A DNA stretch of 63,980 nt, filler included. It is 5 parts of 5 records of this genome, joined end to end, with 100 filler letters (N's around TTAATTAATTAA, not from the genome) between each part and the next. Parts side by side here need not be neighbours in the genome. Positions count along the whole stretch, not along the records: positions 1 to 15,312 come from SRR20825010_3320; positions 15,413 to 43,719 come from SRR20825010_3321; 3 more parts are not named here. One strand, 5' to 3'. The translations under genes were made by a program, and so were the position numbers. Positions 10,776-21,293 of this stretch are shown in pieces. How positions within the stretch are numbered: the stretch's first letter is position 1; every line of letters begins with the position of its first letter. The notes below the pieces were generated by a model, which made no database searches, was not told the origin of the DNA, and was given only the letters and a program-made list of their open reading frames with translations.

Positions 10776-11695
10776 GCGCTTTCGCCTGTATAGGGATGAT
10801 GCTCATGCCAGTGGCGTGCAATATCTACGCGGCGACAAAACCATACCTGATCAAAGCTTTTGGCATAGTCAAAGAAGCGCTCAAGCGCCCGAATGCGACC
10901 GGGCCTGCCAATCAGCCTGCCGTGAAGTCCGATGGACATCATTTTAGGGGCCTCTGCACCTTCCTCATAAAGCGCATCAAAGCTGTCACGCAGATAAGTA
11001 AAAAACTGGTCGCCGGAGTTGAAACCCTGCACGGACGCAAAGCGCATGTCGTTTACATCCAGCGTGTAGGGGATCACAAGGTGGGCCCCGTTTTCCATGC
11101 GGGACCAGAAGGGCAAGTCGTCTGAATAATCGTCGGCGTCATAGAGGAAACTACCATGCTCAGCCACCAGCCGTCGTGTGTTGGGGCTGGTGCGGCCCGT
11201 ATACCAACCGAGCGGTGCCTCGCCTGTGGTTTCCGTGATAATGTGTACGGCCTCAACAATATGCTGGCGTTCTATCTCTTCCGGTACATTCTGATAGTTG
11301 ATCCATTTGAGGCCGTGTGAGCAAACTTCGTGGCCCTTCTCAATGAATACTTTGCCCATTTCGGGGTATCGTTTCAGCGCGTCTGCTACCGCAAAAACGG
11401 TGACGGGAATGTCGAATTTATCAAATAGGCGCAGTAGCCGCCACACACCCGCGCGGCTGCCATATTCATAGACGGACTCCATGCTCATGTGGCGTGCATT
11501 TTCAACTACCGGCGCGCTTACGATCTCGGAGAGGAAGGTTTCTGCCCCTGCGTCACCGTGCAGGACGCAATTTTCGCCACCCTCTTCATAGTTCAGCACC
11601 ACCTGCACGGCGATGCGAGCGCCGTCCGGCCAGTTGGCGTTTGGTACGTTGGGGCCATATCCCTTCAGGTCGCGTGGGTAATCGGTCATGCTCAT
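10772..11695 (-). CDS. puuE: Allantoinase PuuE (polysaccharide deacetylase fold)
   Basis: YPRDLKGYG, LNYEEGGE, YEYGSRAGVWR, GWYTGR, PYTLDVNDMRF motifs; purine cluster context. Confidence 0.95.
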   Translation of the reverse strand: MSMTDYPRDLKGYGPNVPNANWPDGARIAVQVVLNYEEGGENCVLHGDAGAETFLSEIVSAPVVENARHMSMESVYEYGSRAGVWRLLRLFDKFDIPVTVFAVADALKRYPEMGKVFIEKGHEVCSHGLKWINYQNVPEEIERQHIVEAVHIITETTGEAPLGWYTGRTSPNTRRLVAEHGSFLYDADDYSDDLPFWSRMENGAHLVIPYTLDVNDMRFASVQGFNSGDQFFTYLRDSFDALYEEGAEAPKMMSIGLHGRLIGRPGRIRALERFFDYAKSFDQVWFCRRVDIARHWHEHHPYTGESA

Positions 11696-11715
11696 GGTTT
11701 GTCTCTTGGCTTTCT

Positions 11716-12453
11716 TCAGGAGGCTTGCGCACCGTGAAAAATCTGGTGCAGGTCCTGCCCGCTATGGCGTGTACCGAAGTTGAGGCCTGCTTCGATTGCG
11801 TCCAGATGATGCAGGAGTATGCGTGTTGCCGCGCCACTATCACGTGCTTCAAGTGCCGCAACAATCTGGCTGTGGTCATCCCCCTTGCAGTTGGGTGCGC
11901 TGCGCCTGTGCTTGCCATATAGTGTGATGATAAGCGACGTGCGGAACACCAGTTGTTCCAGGAAATGATACATGGGTTCATTGCGGGCAATGCGGGCCAC
12001 ATGCAGATGAAATTCACCTGTCAGCCTGATCCACTGTGCGATATCGGCACGGCGCAGGGCTTCCTCTTCAAGGGCAAGATGGTTCCTCAGGGTTTCAATG
12101 TCTGCCTTGGTGCATTTCTTTACCGCCTTTTCAATCAGCGATGCCTCAAGCGCCCGGCGCGCTTCAAACACTTCCTGCGCCTCTGTTGGGCTCGGGGAGG
12201 CCACAACGGCGCCCTTATTCTTCTGCAATTCGATAATATTGTCGCGGCTCAATAACAAGAACGCCCGGCGTACCGTAGTGCGGCCAGCGCCAAATACACT
12301 ACAGAGCGATTCTTCGGTCAATTTGGTGCCCGGCGCGAGCCGCTGCTCGAGCACGCTGTCACGAATGCGACGGCAGATCTCATCTTCTGTGATGGTAGCC
12401 TTTTTGGTGGAAGGCCTGTCTGTAGCTGATGCCGGTTTGGGGTGCATGGTCAT
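11716..12453 (-). CDS. GntR/FCD family transcriptional regulator
   Basis: wHTH LAPGTKLTEESLCSVFGAGRTTVR plus FCD domain (FHLHVARIARN). Confidence 0.9.
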   Translation of the reverse strand: MTMHPKPASATDRPSTKKATITEDEICRRIRDSVLEQRLAPGTKLTEESLCSVFGAGRTTVRRAFLLLSRDNIIELQKNKGAVVASPSPTEAQEVFEARRALEASLIEKAVKKCTKADIETLRNHLALEEEALRRADIAQWIRLTGEFHLHVARIARNEPMYHFLEQLVFRTSLIITLYGKHRRSAPNCKGDDHSQIVAALEARDSGAATRILLHHLDAIEAGLNFGTRHSGQDLHQIFHGAQAS

Positions 12454-12585
12454 TGTATCGCTCAGGTCGTTATTGGGTTGGTATCGGGCTCACTATCGGG
12501 AAATCCATGAAAACCAAGGCGTTAACGCGATGGTCGACCGTCATGTTTTTCGCTGAGATGGCTTGGATTGTCTCGTATCTGTATA

Positions 12586-12599
12586 AATTGTCAACAATT
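12586..12599. promoter_or_regulatory. Putative GntR-family operator
   Basis: Perfect dyad AATTGT-CA-ACAATT in the divergent gntR/uraH intergenic region; matches the TTGT-N2-ACAA type of GntR/FadR boxes. Confidence 0.6.
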
Positions 12600-12693
12600 A
12601 TGTATCTTTTATGTCGATGATATTCTTTACAAATCCTGATTATTCGGTCAGTCTAAACTCGAAATTCCTCAAACCAATCTGCGAGGCATAACG

Positions 12694-13050
12694 ATGGGAC
12701 GGTTAACCACCCACGTGCTGGACACTGCAAACGGGTGTCCGGGCGAAGGCATAAAAATAAGGCTGTATTTGCTGGGGGCTGACGGCAGTCGCTCACAGAT
12801 CAGGGAAGTGCTGACCAACAGTGACGGCCGTGCCGACGCGCCACTTCTGGAGGGTGCTGACTTCAAGGTTGGCAACTATGAGCTTGAGTTTGATGCGGGG
12901 GCTTACTTCCGAAACCGTGGAGCAAAGCTCGCTGATCCCGCGTTTCTGGACGTTGTGCCCATACGGTTTGGCATTGCGGATAAGGGCGCGCACTATCATG
13001 TGCCACTTTTGATATCCCCTTATGGCTACAGCACATATCGGGGAAGTTAG
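12694..13050 (+). CDS. uraH: 5-hydroxyisourate hydrolase
   Basis: LTTHVLD N-terminus, [20 protein letters not shown]-terminus. Confidence 0.96.
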   Translation: MGRLTTHVLDTANGCPGEGIKIRLYLLGADGSRSQIREVLTNSDGRADAPLLEGADFKVGNYELEFDAGAYFRNRGAKLADPAFLDVVPIRFGIADKGAHYHVPLLISPYGYSTYRGS

Positions 13051-13104
13051 AGAAATGGTCAGGAAAGTGATGGCCAAAAAAGCGATGATCAGGGAGGGGC
13101 TGCC

Positions 13105-14583
13105 ATGTCCGGCACTGTAAGGTTTCTGCTTGATGGTCGTTACCACGAGCTACAGAACCCGGACCCGACAAAAACGGTCTTGAATTTCCTGCGCTATGAG
13201 CTTGCGCGCACGGGCACCAAAGAAGGCTGTGCAGAGGGTGACTGCGGCGCTTGCACCGTTGTGCTGGGTGAGTTGGTGGACGGCATACTCCGCTACCGGG
13301 CGGTGAATGCCTGCATCTTGTTCGTGCCGACGCTGGACGGCAAGGAATTGATCACCACTGAAAGCCTGAAGTCGGCTGACGGCACGCTTCACCCGGTGCA
13401 GCAGGCACTGATTGACACTCATGGCTCACAGTGCGGCTTCTGTACTCCTGGTTTTGTGATGTCGCTTTATGCGCTTTATGAAGAGGGCGGCGTGCCGGAC
13501 CGTGCGCGTATCAATGATGCGCTGGCCGGGAACCTTTGCCGCTGTACCGGTTATGGGCCTATCATCGACGCTGCAAAACGCATGCAGGAGTTACGGGTGG
13601 TCATTGACGCCGATGCGCTGCATGACCGCATGGATGCACTCAAGGCCCTGAAGCGCCACGAGATGTTGAAGCTGAGCTCAAAAGGCGGCTTGACGGGTAA
13701 TCTGAAGGAATATTACGCACCCGTAACCATTGGCGAATTATCAAATATTTCATTAGCTTATCCAGATGCAACATACCTTGCGGGGGGTACAGATGTTGGC
13801 CTTTGGGTGACCAAACAACATAAGGAACTGAGCCAAGTTATCTATGTCGGTGACGTGGCAGAGCTTCGGGAAATCTCGATTACCGATCAATCGGTTGAAA
13901 TAGGCGCAGGTGTAACCTATTCAGACGCGATGGAGGTGCTCGGGAAGTTCTATCCGGATATGGGCGAGCTGATCCGGCGCATTGGGTCTGTGCAAATCAG
14001 AAACAGCGGTACCATTGGCGGCAACATCGCAAATGGCTCACCGATTGGCGACAGTATGCCTGCGCTGATTGCGGCAGGTGCTACCCTCACCCTGCGCATG
14101 GGCGAGATGGAGCGCACCATGCCGCTGGAGGACTATTTCATCGATTATGGCAAGCAGGACCGTATGCCGGGCGAATTTGTGGCCAGGGTTTCCGTGCCCA
14201 AACCGCATGAGGGGCAGCACTACCGGGCCTATAAAATCTCCAAACGGTTCGATCAGGATATCTCTGCCGTGTGCGGGGCTTTCTCTCTCACGCTTGAAGA
14301 CGACCTTGTCAGCGAAGTGCGCATCGCGTTTGGCGGTATGGCGGCAACACCCAAACGTGCCCGCGCGGTTGAAGGTGCGCTCACCGGTAAAACATGGTGC
14401 GAAGAAAGCCTTGAGGCCGCATTGGCCGCCTTTGATGAGGATTTTGCGCCGATCAGTGACATGCGGGCGAGCGCCGAGTACCGCATGATGGCGGCGAAAA
14501 ACCTGCTCCGGAAAGCATTCCTTGAGACAACGGAAGGCGTGGCAACGAGGGTGCTTGATTTAGAGGAGGTGGCCCATGGCTGA
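13105..14583 (+). CDS. xdhA: Xanthine dehydrogenase small (2Fe-2S/FAD) subunit
   Basis: GTKEGCAEGDCGACTV, SQCGFCTPG, GNLCRCTGY, YKISKRFDQDIS motifs. Confidence 0.96.
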   Translation: MSGTVRFLLDGRYHELQNPDPTKTVLNFLRYELARTGTKEGCAEGDCGACTVVLGELVDGILRYRAVNACILFVPTLDGKELITTESLKSADGTLHPVQQALIDTHGSQCGFCTPGFVMSLYALYEEGGVPDRARINDALAGNLCRCTGYGPIIDAAKRMQELRVVIDADALHDRMDALKALKRHEMLKLSSKGGLTGNLKEYYAPVTIGELSNISLAYPDATYLAGGTDVGLWVTKQHKELSQVIYVGDVAELREISITDQSVEIGAGVTYSDAMEVLGKFYPDMGELIRRIGSVQIRNSGTIGGNIANGSPIGDSMPALIAAGATLTLRMGEMERTMPLEDYFIDYGKQDRMPGEFVARVSVPKPHEGQHYRAYKISKRFDQDISAVCGAFSLTLEDDLVSEVRIAFGGMAATPKRARAVEGALTGKTWCEESLEAALAAFDEDFAPISDMRASAEYRMMAAKNLLRKAFLETTEGVATRVLDLEEVAHG

Positions 14584-15312
14584 TGTCAAAGCAGAGCCCG
14601 TGGCGGTATCCGAGATTAAAGGCGCGGTGCATAAAGAACTGAAGCACGACAGCGCCCATAAACATGTCTCAGGCGAGGCGGTTTATATCGACGATATGCC
14701 TGAGCCCAAAGACATGCTGCATATCTATGCCGCGATGTCTGAGCATGCACATGCCCGTATATTGGCAATGGACCTTGAGGCCGTAAAAACTGCCAAAGGT
14801 GTGGCCTGCGTGATTGCCGCCGGTGATATCCCCGGCCACAATGACGTGAGCGCGTTCGCAGGTGACGACCCCTTGTTTGCTGACGGGTTGGTTGAATATA
14901 TTGGCCAGCCGATTTTCGCCGTCGCCGCAACCAGCGTTGAGGCGGCAAGGGCTGCGGCAAAGCTTGCCCGCGTTGACTATGAGGCCTTGCCATCGCTCAC
15001 CACCATTGATGCGGCACTTGAGGCCAACAGCGCGATTGAGCCGATGCAAACCCTGGCCCAGGGGGATGCAAAAGCAGCGCTCGAGGCCTCACCAAACCGC
15101 CTGTCAGGCAGCTTCCGTATCGGGGGGCAGGACCACTTCTATCTGGAAGGTCAGGTCGCCTTCGCCCGACCGGAGGAGGACGGCGATGTGCATGTCTTTT
15201 CCTCAACTCAACACCCCAGCGAGGTTCAGCATCTCGTGGCGCACGTGCTTGCTAAACCCACAAATGCTGTAACCGTCGAGGTGCGGCGCATGGGCGGCGG
15301 GTTTGGGGGCAA
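14576..15312 (+). CDS. xdhB: Xanthine dehydrogenase molybdopterin subunit, partial (3' truncated)
   Basis: HDSAHKHVSGEAVYIDD, GQDHFYLEGQ, SSTQHPSE, RRMGGGFGG; runs into the gap. Confidence 0.95.
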
Positions 15313-15412
15313 NNNNNNNNNNNNNNNNNNNNNNNNNNNNNNNNNNNNNNNNNNNNTTAATTAATTAANNNNNNNNNNNNNNNNNNNNNNNNNNNNNNNN
15401 NNNNNNNNNNNN
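15313..15412. other. Artificial contig linker
   Basis: N-run + TTAATTAATTAA (stops in all six frames) + N-run. Confidence 0.99.
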
Positions 15413-15448
<36 letters not shown>

Positions 15449-15602
15449 AGGCATACGCTTCTTGACATCCGGTCGATTCCAAGTCGCCCCCTTGCTTCTT
15501 CATCAGACGTTCATTCTACCCGATTGGTTCACTCTTCGTCGTGGGGTTTGTCGTGATTTCCAACATGATTTGTTCATAAAACGCTGGGATTCGCCGGCAA
15601 AA

Positions 15603-16220
15603 TCAACGCTGCAACGCTATGTCGACCAATGACGACAATCCGCCACTTTGGCTCTCACGGACGACCAATCGGTCACCAGCACGCAGTGCGTAGTCGGATT
15701 CGGGGCGAACGTCCCCCGCACCGCGTTCAGCAAATTGGACTTCCATGCGATGGCCTTCGACTGAATCGGTTGAATGACGATAGAGCACCGCTTCCATGCG
15801 TCCGAAACGCTTGTCGACACCGGTTTGCTTGAGCAGCGTGCTGACGAAAACGGATGGGCCCTGCGGGTTCGCGCCCGAAGCCGGTGGCAACGGAAGCACG
15901 CGAACGGGCGTTTGGTCGCCGACAATCTGCAACACGATCGAGGAGTTCGCTTTGGCTTCGCGAACTTTGTGATAGACCTCTTCGTTGAATGTTCCGGTCG
16001 TCATCATCGCTCCGGAACCGACCGTGTCGAAACGCGATTCTGGATCACTGCCACCGGGCGCCAGCCCACTCATTTCGCTGAGTTTGGGTGGTTTCATACT
16101 GGGCATCTTCAGTGCGCTGAGTTGCAGCGGAGCACATCCTCCCGCGATGACGGAAAAGGCTGCCACAACACAGGTGAGAAGCAGGGTTCCGCTCAGTTTT
16201 TGTTTGGTGGGGCGTGTCAT
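15603..16220 (-). CDS. Hypothetical lipoprotein; C-terminus resembles SLBB/Wza-like beta-grasp
   Basis: Hydrophobic signal ending IAGG-C; DYALRAGDRLVVRE resembles SLBB C-terminal strands. Confidence 0.6.
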   Translation of the reverse strand: MTRPTKQKLSGTLLLTCVVAAFSVIAGGCAPLQLSALKMPSMKPPKLSEMSGLAPGGSDPESRFDTVGSGAMMTTGTFNEEVYHKVREAKANSSIVLQIVGDQTPVRVLPLPPASGANPQGPSVFVSTLLKQTGVDKRFGRMEAVLYRHSTDSVEGHRMEVQFAERGAGDVRPESDYALRAGDRLVVRESQSGGLSSLVDIALQR

Positions 16221-16537
16221 GGTGGGAAGGCTTCGTCAGGCGAAGAATGACCTTGAGGGTCGCGGAAATTAGATCGTCTGGGAAGATAATCGGCCTTCCT
16301 CCGAAGTTTCTTGAGCAATCTTTGAACATTTCCTCAACCCGATCAATTTGAAGTCAACGCTCGTGTCGCAGGCCTGAGGCACGGAAAAGCTGGCCGATTG
16401 GTCTGCGATCCATCGATTGAGGCTCGCCTGGACCGCGGTTCGCGCTTTCCGACGTCATGTAACTGGGGTGGCAAACATTCCTGAGGCTCTGGTATCGAAA
16501 ATCCTCTCGAATCGCTTCCTCCCAGGAGTCTTCTCTT

Positions 16538-17278
16538 ATGTTCGAGTTTTTGAAACGCTTCCCTCTGCGTCGTCGGTCTCCAGTCTCACCGATTCCTTTG
16601 AATCAAGGCGGCGATTCGTCTCGCGATGTGGTCTTGCGTCTGCAGCTTCCACCGGCGGCCGAGGAGCTGGCCACGGCCGTCCAAGCCACTGCCGCTCCGG
16701 CATCCATCATGATGCCCAAGGCTGTTGATACCCGAGCGGTTTCCAGCACGATGCCGGCTGATCCCGCACCAGGTTTAGCCACCACTCACCGGCCATCTCG
16801 AGTGAGAAGCAGTCACCGTGAACGCATTTTTGCGATGCGGATCGAACACCTGCAGATCTGCAACGAGAAGCGGTGTCGATTGTTGGCAAAAGTTGGCGTG
16901 GTGACCGCGGGCGATTTGGCTTGCTGCAATCCAGACCAAATTTCGCGTCAGTACAAATCGCCCGGCCGAGCCCTTCGCTCGATCAAGCGGCTGCGGGCTG
17001 CGGTCCGTTTGGCCGTTGCCATCGACGGAATGATGCCGCGTGACGCACTGATTCTGGTCGCGATCCATCGCCGCAGCGTTGCATCTTTGGCTCGCGAATC
17101 GGCGGCTGTGTTGCACCGAGATTTGGAACGATTCTCACTGAGCAGTCGCGGACAACGATTGGTTGGACACCGTGGTGTTCCCAGTTTGCGACGAGTGAAG
17201 AGTTGGGTTGGGCAATGCGAGCAATTGGTCGCTCATTGGATTCAAAACCATCCCGCCGAAACGCAAGTTGCCGCGTAA
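16538..17278 (+). CDS. DUF4332-like helix-hairpin-helix protein
   Basis: Two units of the type LLAKVGVVTAGDLACC / ILVAIHRRSVASLA...PSLRRVKSWV; GGAG upstream. Confidence 0.6.
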   Translation: MFEFLKRFPLRRRSPVSPIPLNQGGDSSRDVVLRLQLPPAAEELATAVQATAAPASIMMPKAVDTRAVSSTMPADPAPGLATTHRPSRVRSSHRERIFAMRIEHLQICNEKRCRLLAKVGVVTAGDLACCNPDQISRQYKSPGRALRSIKRLRAAVRLAVAIDGMMPRDALILVAIHRRSVASLARESAAVLHRDLERFSLSSRGQRLVGHRGVPSLRRVKSWVGQCEQLVAHWIQNHPAETQVAA

Positions 17279-17306
17279 CGGCAATTGGTTTTCGATGCCC
17301 TCCGCG

Positions 17307-18416
17307 TCACTGCATCTTCAGCACCGGCAATCGGCCTCGCGTGTCGATTCGATTGCGAATCGATTCCGGTGTGGCGTCGGCGGGCCGAGGGCGATCGCTT
17401 GGTTTCACCTCGGGCGGCACGTAGCGGTCGCCTTGCCGTGAATCACGACGTTCGAATTCGGCTTCAATCTCTCGGCGGATATTTTGCTTGTCGGCGCACC
17501 ATTTGGGTTCGATCAAATAGTTTGGAGGTGCGTCTCCGCTGACTCGTTCCACAATCACTTCCGGCGGAACGCGTTCCAAGAAGTCGACCACGGTTTGAAC
17601 GTAGTCTTCGCGTCGCATCATTTCGACTTTGCCGGCCAAGACCTCTTCGCCGAGCGGTGTGCCGCGAACGCTGTACAGGTTGTGAAGCTTGATCGCGTCA
17701 AAACCCAAACGCCCAATTTCGGCCGCTGATTCCATCATCATCGCGTGGTCTTCGCGGGGAACTCCCAAGATAATGTGGGAGCAGCATTCGAAGCCGCGAT
17801 CACGAGCTCGATCGATCGCGTTGATCATGTCCGCGTGGGTATGAGCACGATTCATCCAAACCAACGACTCGTCGTGAACGGTTTGCATGCCGAATTCAAG
17901 CGACACGTCGTGGTCAACCGCGAGTTCTTGCAAAAGATCGAGAACGCTGTCGGGCACGCAATCGGGACGCGTTCCAACGGCCAGCCCCACAATTCGATCG
18001 TCCGAGTTCAGCGCAAGATCAAAGATCTCACGCAATTGGTCGATGGGGGCGTACGTGTTGGTGGCCGGTTGGAAATAAGCGATGTAACCACGGACGTCGC
18101 TGTATCTCTTTTGAACTCGTCCAATCTGTTCGGTCAATTGATCCGCGACCCTCTGCAATCGAATGCGTCGCGATGGGCTAAAAGATCGGTTGTCGCAAAA
18201 ATTGCATCCTCCCGTCGTGACCGCACCGTCGACGTTGGGACAAGTGAACCCGGCGTCGATGCTGACCCGCTGAACCCGCCCGCCATGACGTCTGCGCAGA
18301 GCCTTCCCGAACGCGTTGAATCGCGCTCCTTCGGCTTGCCATGCCAATCGAGATTGATCGGGAATAGCGGCCGAATCAGGATTTGAACCAGCGGAGTGGT
18401 CGGTGGAAGAATGCAT
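17307..18416 (-). CDS. TIGR01212 (YhcC-like) radical SAM protein
   Basis: DAGFTCPNVDG...GGCNFC, YFQPATNTY, GTRPDC, IKLHNLY; start placed at ATG 18416. Confidence 0.9.
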   Translation of the reverse strand: MHSSTDHSAGSNPDSAAIPDQSRLAWQAEGARFNAFGKALRRRHGGRVQRVSIDAGFTCPNVDGAVTTGGCNFCDNRSFSPSRRIRLQRVADQLTEQIGRVQKRYSDVRGYIAYFQPATNTYAPIDQLREIFDLALNSDDRIVGLAVGTRPDCVPDSVLDLLQELAVDHDVSLEFGMQTVHDESLVWMNRAHTHADMINAIDRARDRGFECCSHIILGVPREDHAMMMESAAEIGRLGFDAIKLHNLYSVRGTPLGEEVLAGKVEMMRREDYVQTVVDFLERVPPEVIVERVSGDAPPNYLIEPKWCADKQNIRREIEAEFERRDSRQGDRYVPPEVKPSDRPRPADATPESIRNRIDTRGRLPVLKMQ

Positions 18417-18699
18417 CAGCGAATTGTACCGCGGCAACGATCGAAACCAAGCGGCGACGCAGAACTGCAAATCTGACCACGGTGAGGCGGGCAAGATCGT
18501 GGTGTCGACAATTGCGACGCTTTCTCCAGATTTCCGCGATCCTTCCAAACCGAACAAGCGTCAAAATAAGCAGAAAGGGCCGCCGATTGTCTTCGAACGC
18601 TCCCCGGCGGGGGGTGTGAAGTCTGGCCTGACGCTCACCCCGAGAATACAATGGAGCGTTTCTAGTCATCATCCCCCATCTTTGAAACTCAATGTCACT

Positions 18700-19155
18700 A
18701 TGAGTGCTGAAGACGCCCCTCGATTCGCTGGCGCATTCGGACAACTGACGCCTTTGGGCGGCGGCGATCCGATTCCACTGATCAAAGACAAACTGTTGAT
18801 CGGCCGGCGGCGACACTGTGATATCTGCTTGGACTTCTCGAACGTGTCCAGCCAACATTGCCGAATGACCTTGGAACAGGGTTATTGGTTCATTCGTGAC
18901 TTGAACAGTCGCAACGGAACGAAGGTTGATGGTCGGGCGATCATGCGGAAGCGTGCCGACCCCAATTGCAAGATCTCGATCGCCAAACACCATTACACGT
19001 TGGAGTACGAACCGCAGTTGTTGGGCGCTTATGGCCCGCCACCAGCGGATGATGACTACATCGAAGAGGTCATGAAGAGTTCGTTGATGGATCGTGCCGG
19101 CATCAGTCGGCGAGATCCTAAGAAGGGATTCTTCAATCGGAAATCAGAAGACTGA
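18700..19155 (+). CDS. FHA domain protein
   Basis: IGRR..CDI, VSSQHC, RDLNSRNGTKV; start placed at ATG 18700. Confidence 0.9.
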   Translation: MSAEDAPRFAGAFGQLTPLGGGDPIPLIKDKLLIGRRRHCDICLDFSNVSSQHCRMTLEQGYWFIRDLNSRNGTKVDGRAIMRKRADPNCKISIAKHHYTLEYEPQLLGAYGPPPADDDYIEEVMKSSLMDRAGISRRDPKKGFFNRKSED

Positions 19156-19225
19156 TCGGGCGTTCTGATCGAGAATCGCTTGGCGAATGTCGGGCGGTCT
19201 GGATCATTCGGACAACTTCAAAACG

Positions 19226-19265
19226 AAAAAAGGCACGCGCGAGAGATCCTCGCACGTGCCTTTTT
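19226..19265. terminator. Bidirectional intrinsic terminator
   Basis: AAAAAAGGCACGCGCGAG-loop-CTCGCACGTGCCTTTTT between convergent genes. Confidence 0.85.
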
Positions 19266-19323
19266 CGATGATTGACTTCATCGTTTGGAACGGCCTAGCC
19301 GGCATTCCGAAACGGTGTCCTGA

Positions 19324-19782
19324 CTAACCGCGACCCAGGGTGGCGGTAACTCGTTTGATCAACGAGCGGACAGGTTGAACGGGTTGGTAGCCGGTCAATT
19401 TACGTCGACTCCATCGTCCATCTTCGGTTTTGCTGTAGAGGATGATTTGCGGAATCATCTTCTCGTTTTCCATCAAAGTCTTGGCCAGTTCTGGTTCCGC
19501 GTCGCGGTCGACCAGGGCGACACTGACTCCGTCAAGTTCTCCGCTGTTCTGCATATTCGCGATGGTTGTTTTCTTCAACGTTTCGCAAGCGGGGCACCAC
19601 GGTGCACCGACCACGACCATCAGAGGCTTGTCTTCCTCCACCGATTTTTTGTAGGCGAGTGTGTAGTTCTGATCTGGCGTCTGAGTCGACGCCTGGTGGG
19701 TGGTGTTGGTCGTAACAGAGCCGCTAGGCGCCATTGCGATAGTGAGACCCAAGAACAGTGACAGCATTCCAAGCTTCCTCAT
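19324..19782 (-). CDS. Exported thioredoxin-family protein
   Basis: Signal peptide MRKLGMLSLFLGLTIAMA; WCPAC active site; cis-Pro region MIPQII. Confidence 0.85.
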   Translation of the reverse strand: MRKLGMLSLFLGLTIAMAPSGSVTTNTTHQASTQTPDQNYTLAYKKSVEEDKPLMVVVGAPWCPACETLKKTTIANMQNSGELDGVSVALVDRDAEPELAKTLMENEKMIPQIILYSKTEDGRWSRRKLTGYQPVQPVRSLIKRVTATLGRG

Positions 19783-20547
19783 ACAACGTGTGAAGCGTCG
19801 ACGGTTGCGGCAACATGCCGGCATTCGAGCTGGGCGACCGATTGACTGACCGCCTCAGAATCCTGAGGGCTGCAGATCATCCGCAAACCACGTCCTAGCT
19901 CAAGAAAAGTTCGATGAGTGGTACCGCCGAAACGCTTGTGCTGCGAAGCACGCCAAACCATTTTCGAGTTCCTCTCGAAGGCTCCAGCGGGTCCGCGTTA
20001 AACGCTGAAAGTCGGCTCCAGTCGATAACTTCCTGATCGACGATGGAAATGACCTTGGCCCGAAAGGAAAACGTCTGACGCAGCTGGTTACCCACCAAGG
20101 GGGGATAGCCAAACTGTGCCGATCGCGTTGACCGGACAGGCTGGGCGGGATTCTAGGACTGCAGCAAATGCGTGCAAGTATCCGCACCGTCGTTTTGCAA
20201 ATTTCGCGTTAAGGCATGTTCAGGCACCGCTAATCGGTGTCTAAATGGGCCGAATTGCTCGCTGGTGTGTGAAAATAGGCAAGCCTGATCGAGTCTCCGT
20301 GAAGATTCGACCAGGCGAACGCGAATTTCTCGCCGGCGAGCAGCCGCTCAGCGGGCATCTGCGGCGCATGCGAATCTGGATTGCTGCGGCTGCTGATTTC
20401 ACGAATTTGCACGTCACGTTGCCTGCTTTTCGCTTTTCGCGGGTTGAGAAATGAGGGGAATGCTGGCAAGTTCTTCGGCGTTCCGCCCGCCTCTTTCGTT
20501 TCCGTGGCTCCGTTCATCGATCGAGCCCGTCCCCATCGCTCGCAAAC

Positions 20548-21285
20548 ATGTCCATGCAACCGCCTTCCGTCCCGGCCGTTCCTCCCGATCACCCCGGCCT
20601 GGAGGCGTTGCTTCGTCGCATGGGTGAAGCCGTTGGGATCATGGACGACACCGTGTTCGAGAACGACAAGTTCGTCGGCTTCTTTCAATCGTTTCGTCCC
20701 GATGGAAATGGTTTGGATGGTGTGTTTGACCAGCTTGATTGCGGCGACGAATTGCGGGAACGATTGAGTCATTTGTTCGAGGTCGCCGGAGATGACCGTC
20801 GGCCTCAAGGGGGCCGAGATGCTTTTTTCTTGGTTCGTTCGCCCAGGCCAATTGATCCAGCCGTGGTGGAATCGAAAGCGGTGGATTGGATTGAACGAGT
20901 GACCGAGTTGGCGGAGAAACTTGGTCATCCGGACGCAGCCGAACGTTTGCGTGGGATCACCAAGCATCGAGTTTTGGAAGGCATCCCGCCGAAACATCCC
21001 AAGCAGGATCATGAGAAGACCAATTTGCTGAAGGCGTTTCAGGACGTAGTCGAAAAGTTGGTCACCGACATCGCGATTCCTGATCCGTTCGCGGAAACGC
21101 TTCGTGCTCCGTACTACTTTGTCAGTTGCGACGCCGGGGTCCGGGATCACTTGATGTGGCCGCTGTATCGAGATCATGTCGACGTGGAAGAACCGTTCCA
21201 GCCCTACTTTGATCTCTGGTCGCACGGTGTGAAATTTCGCGTCTACCAAGAAAATCAGGTTGATTGGTACATGCCACGTCTATAG
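20548..21285 (+). CDS. Conserved-looking hypothetical protein
   Basis: 245-aa ORF with globular-protein composition, co-oriented with the next gene; no family recognised. Confidence 0.65.
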   Translation: MSMQPPSVPAVPPDHPGLEALLRRMGEAVGIMDDTVFENDKFVGFFQSFRPDGNGLDGVFDQLDCGDELRERLSHLFEVAGDDRRPQGGRDAFFLVRSPRPIDPAVVESKAVDWIERVTELAEKLGHPDAAERLRGITKHRVLEGIPPKHPKQDHEKTNLLKAFQDVVEKLVTDIAIPDPFAETLRAPYYFVSCDAGVRDHLMWPLYRDHVDVEEPFQPYFDLWSHGVKFRVYQENQVDWYMPRL

Positions 21286-21293
21286 TGGGCCTG

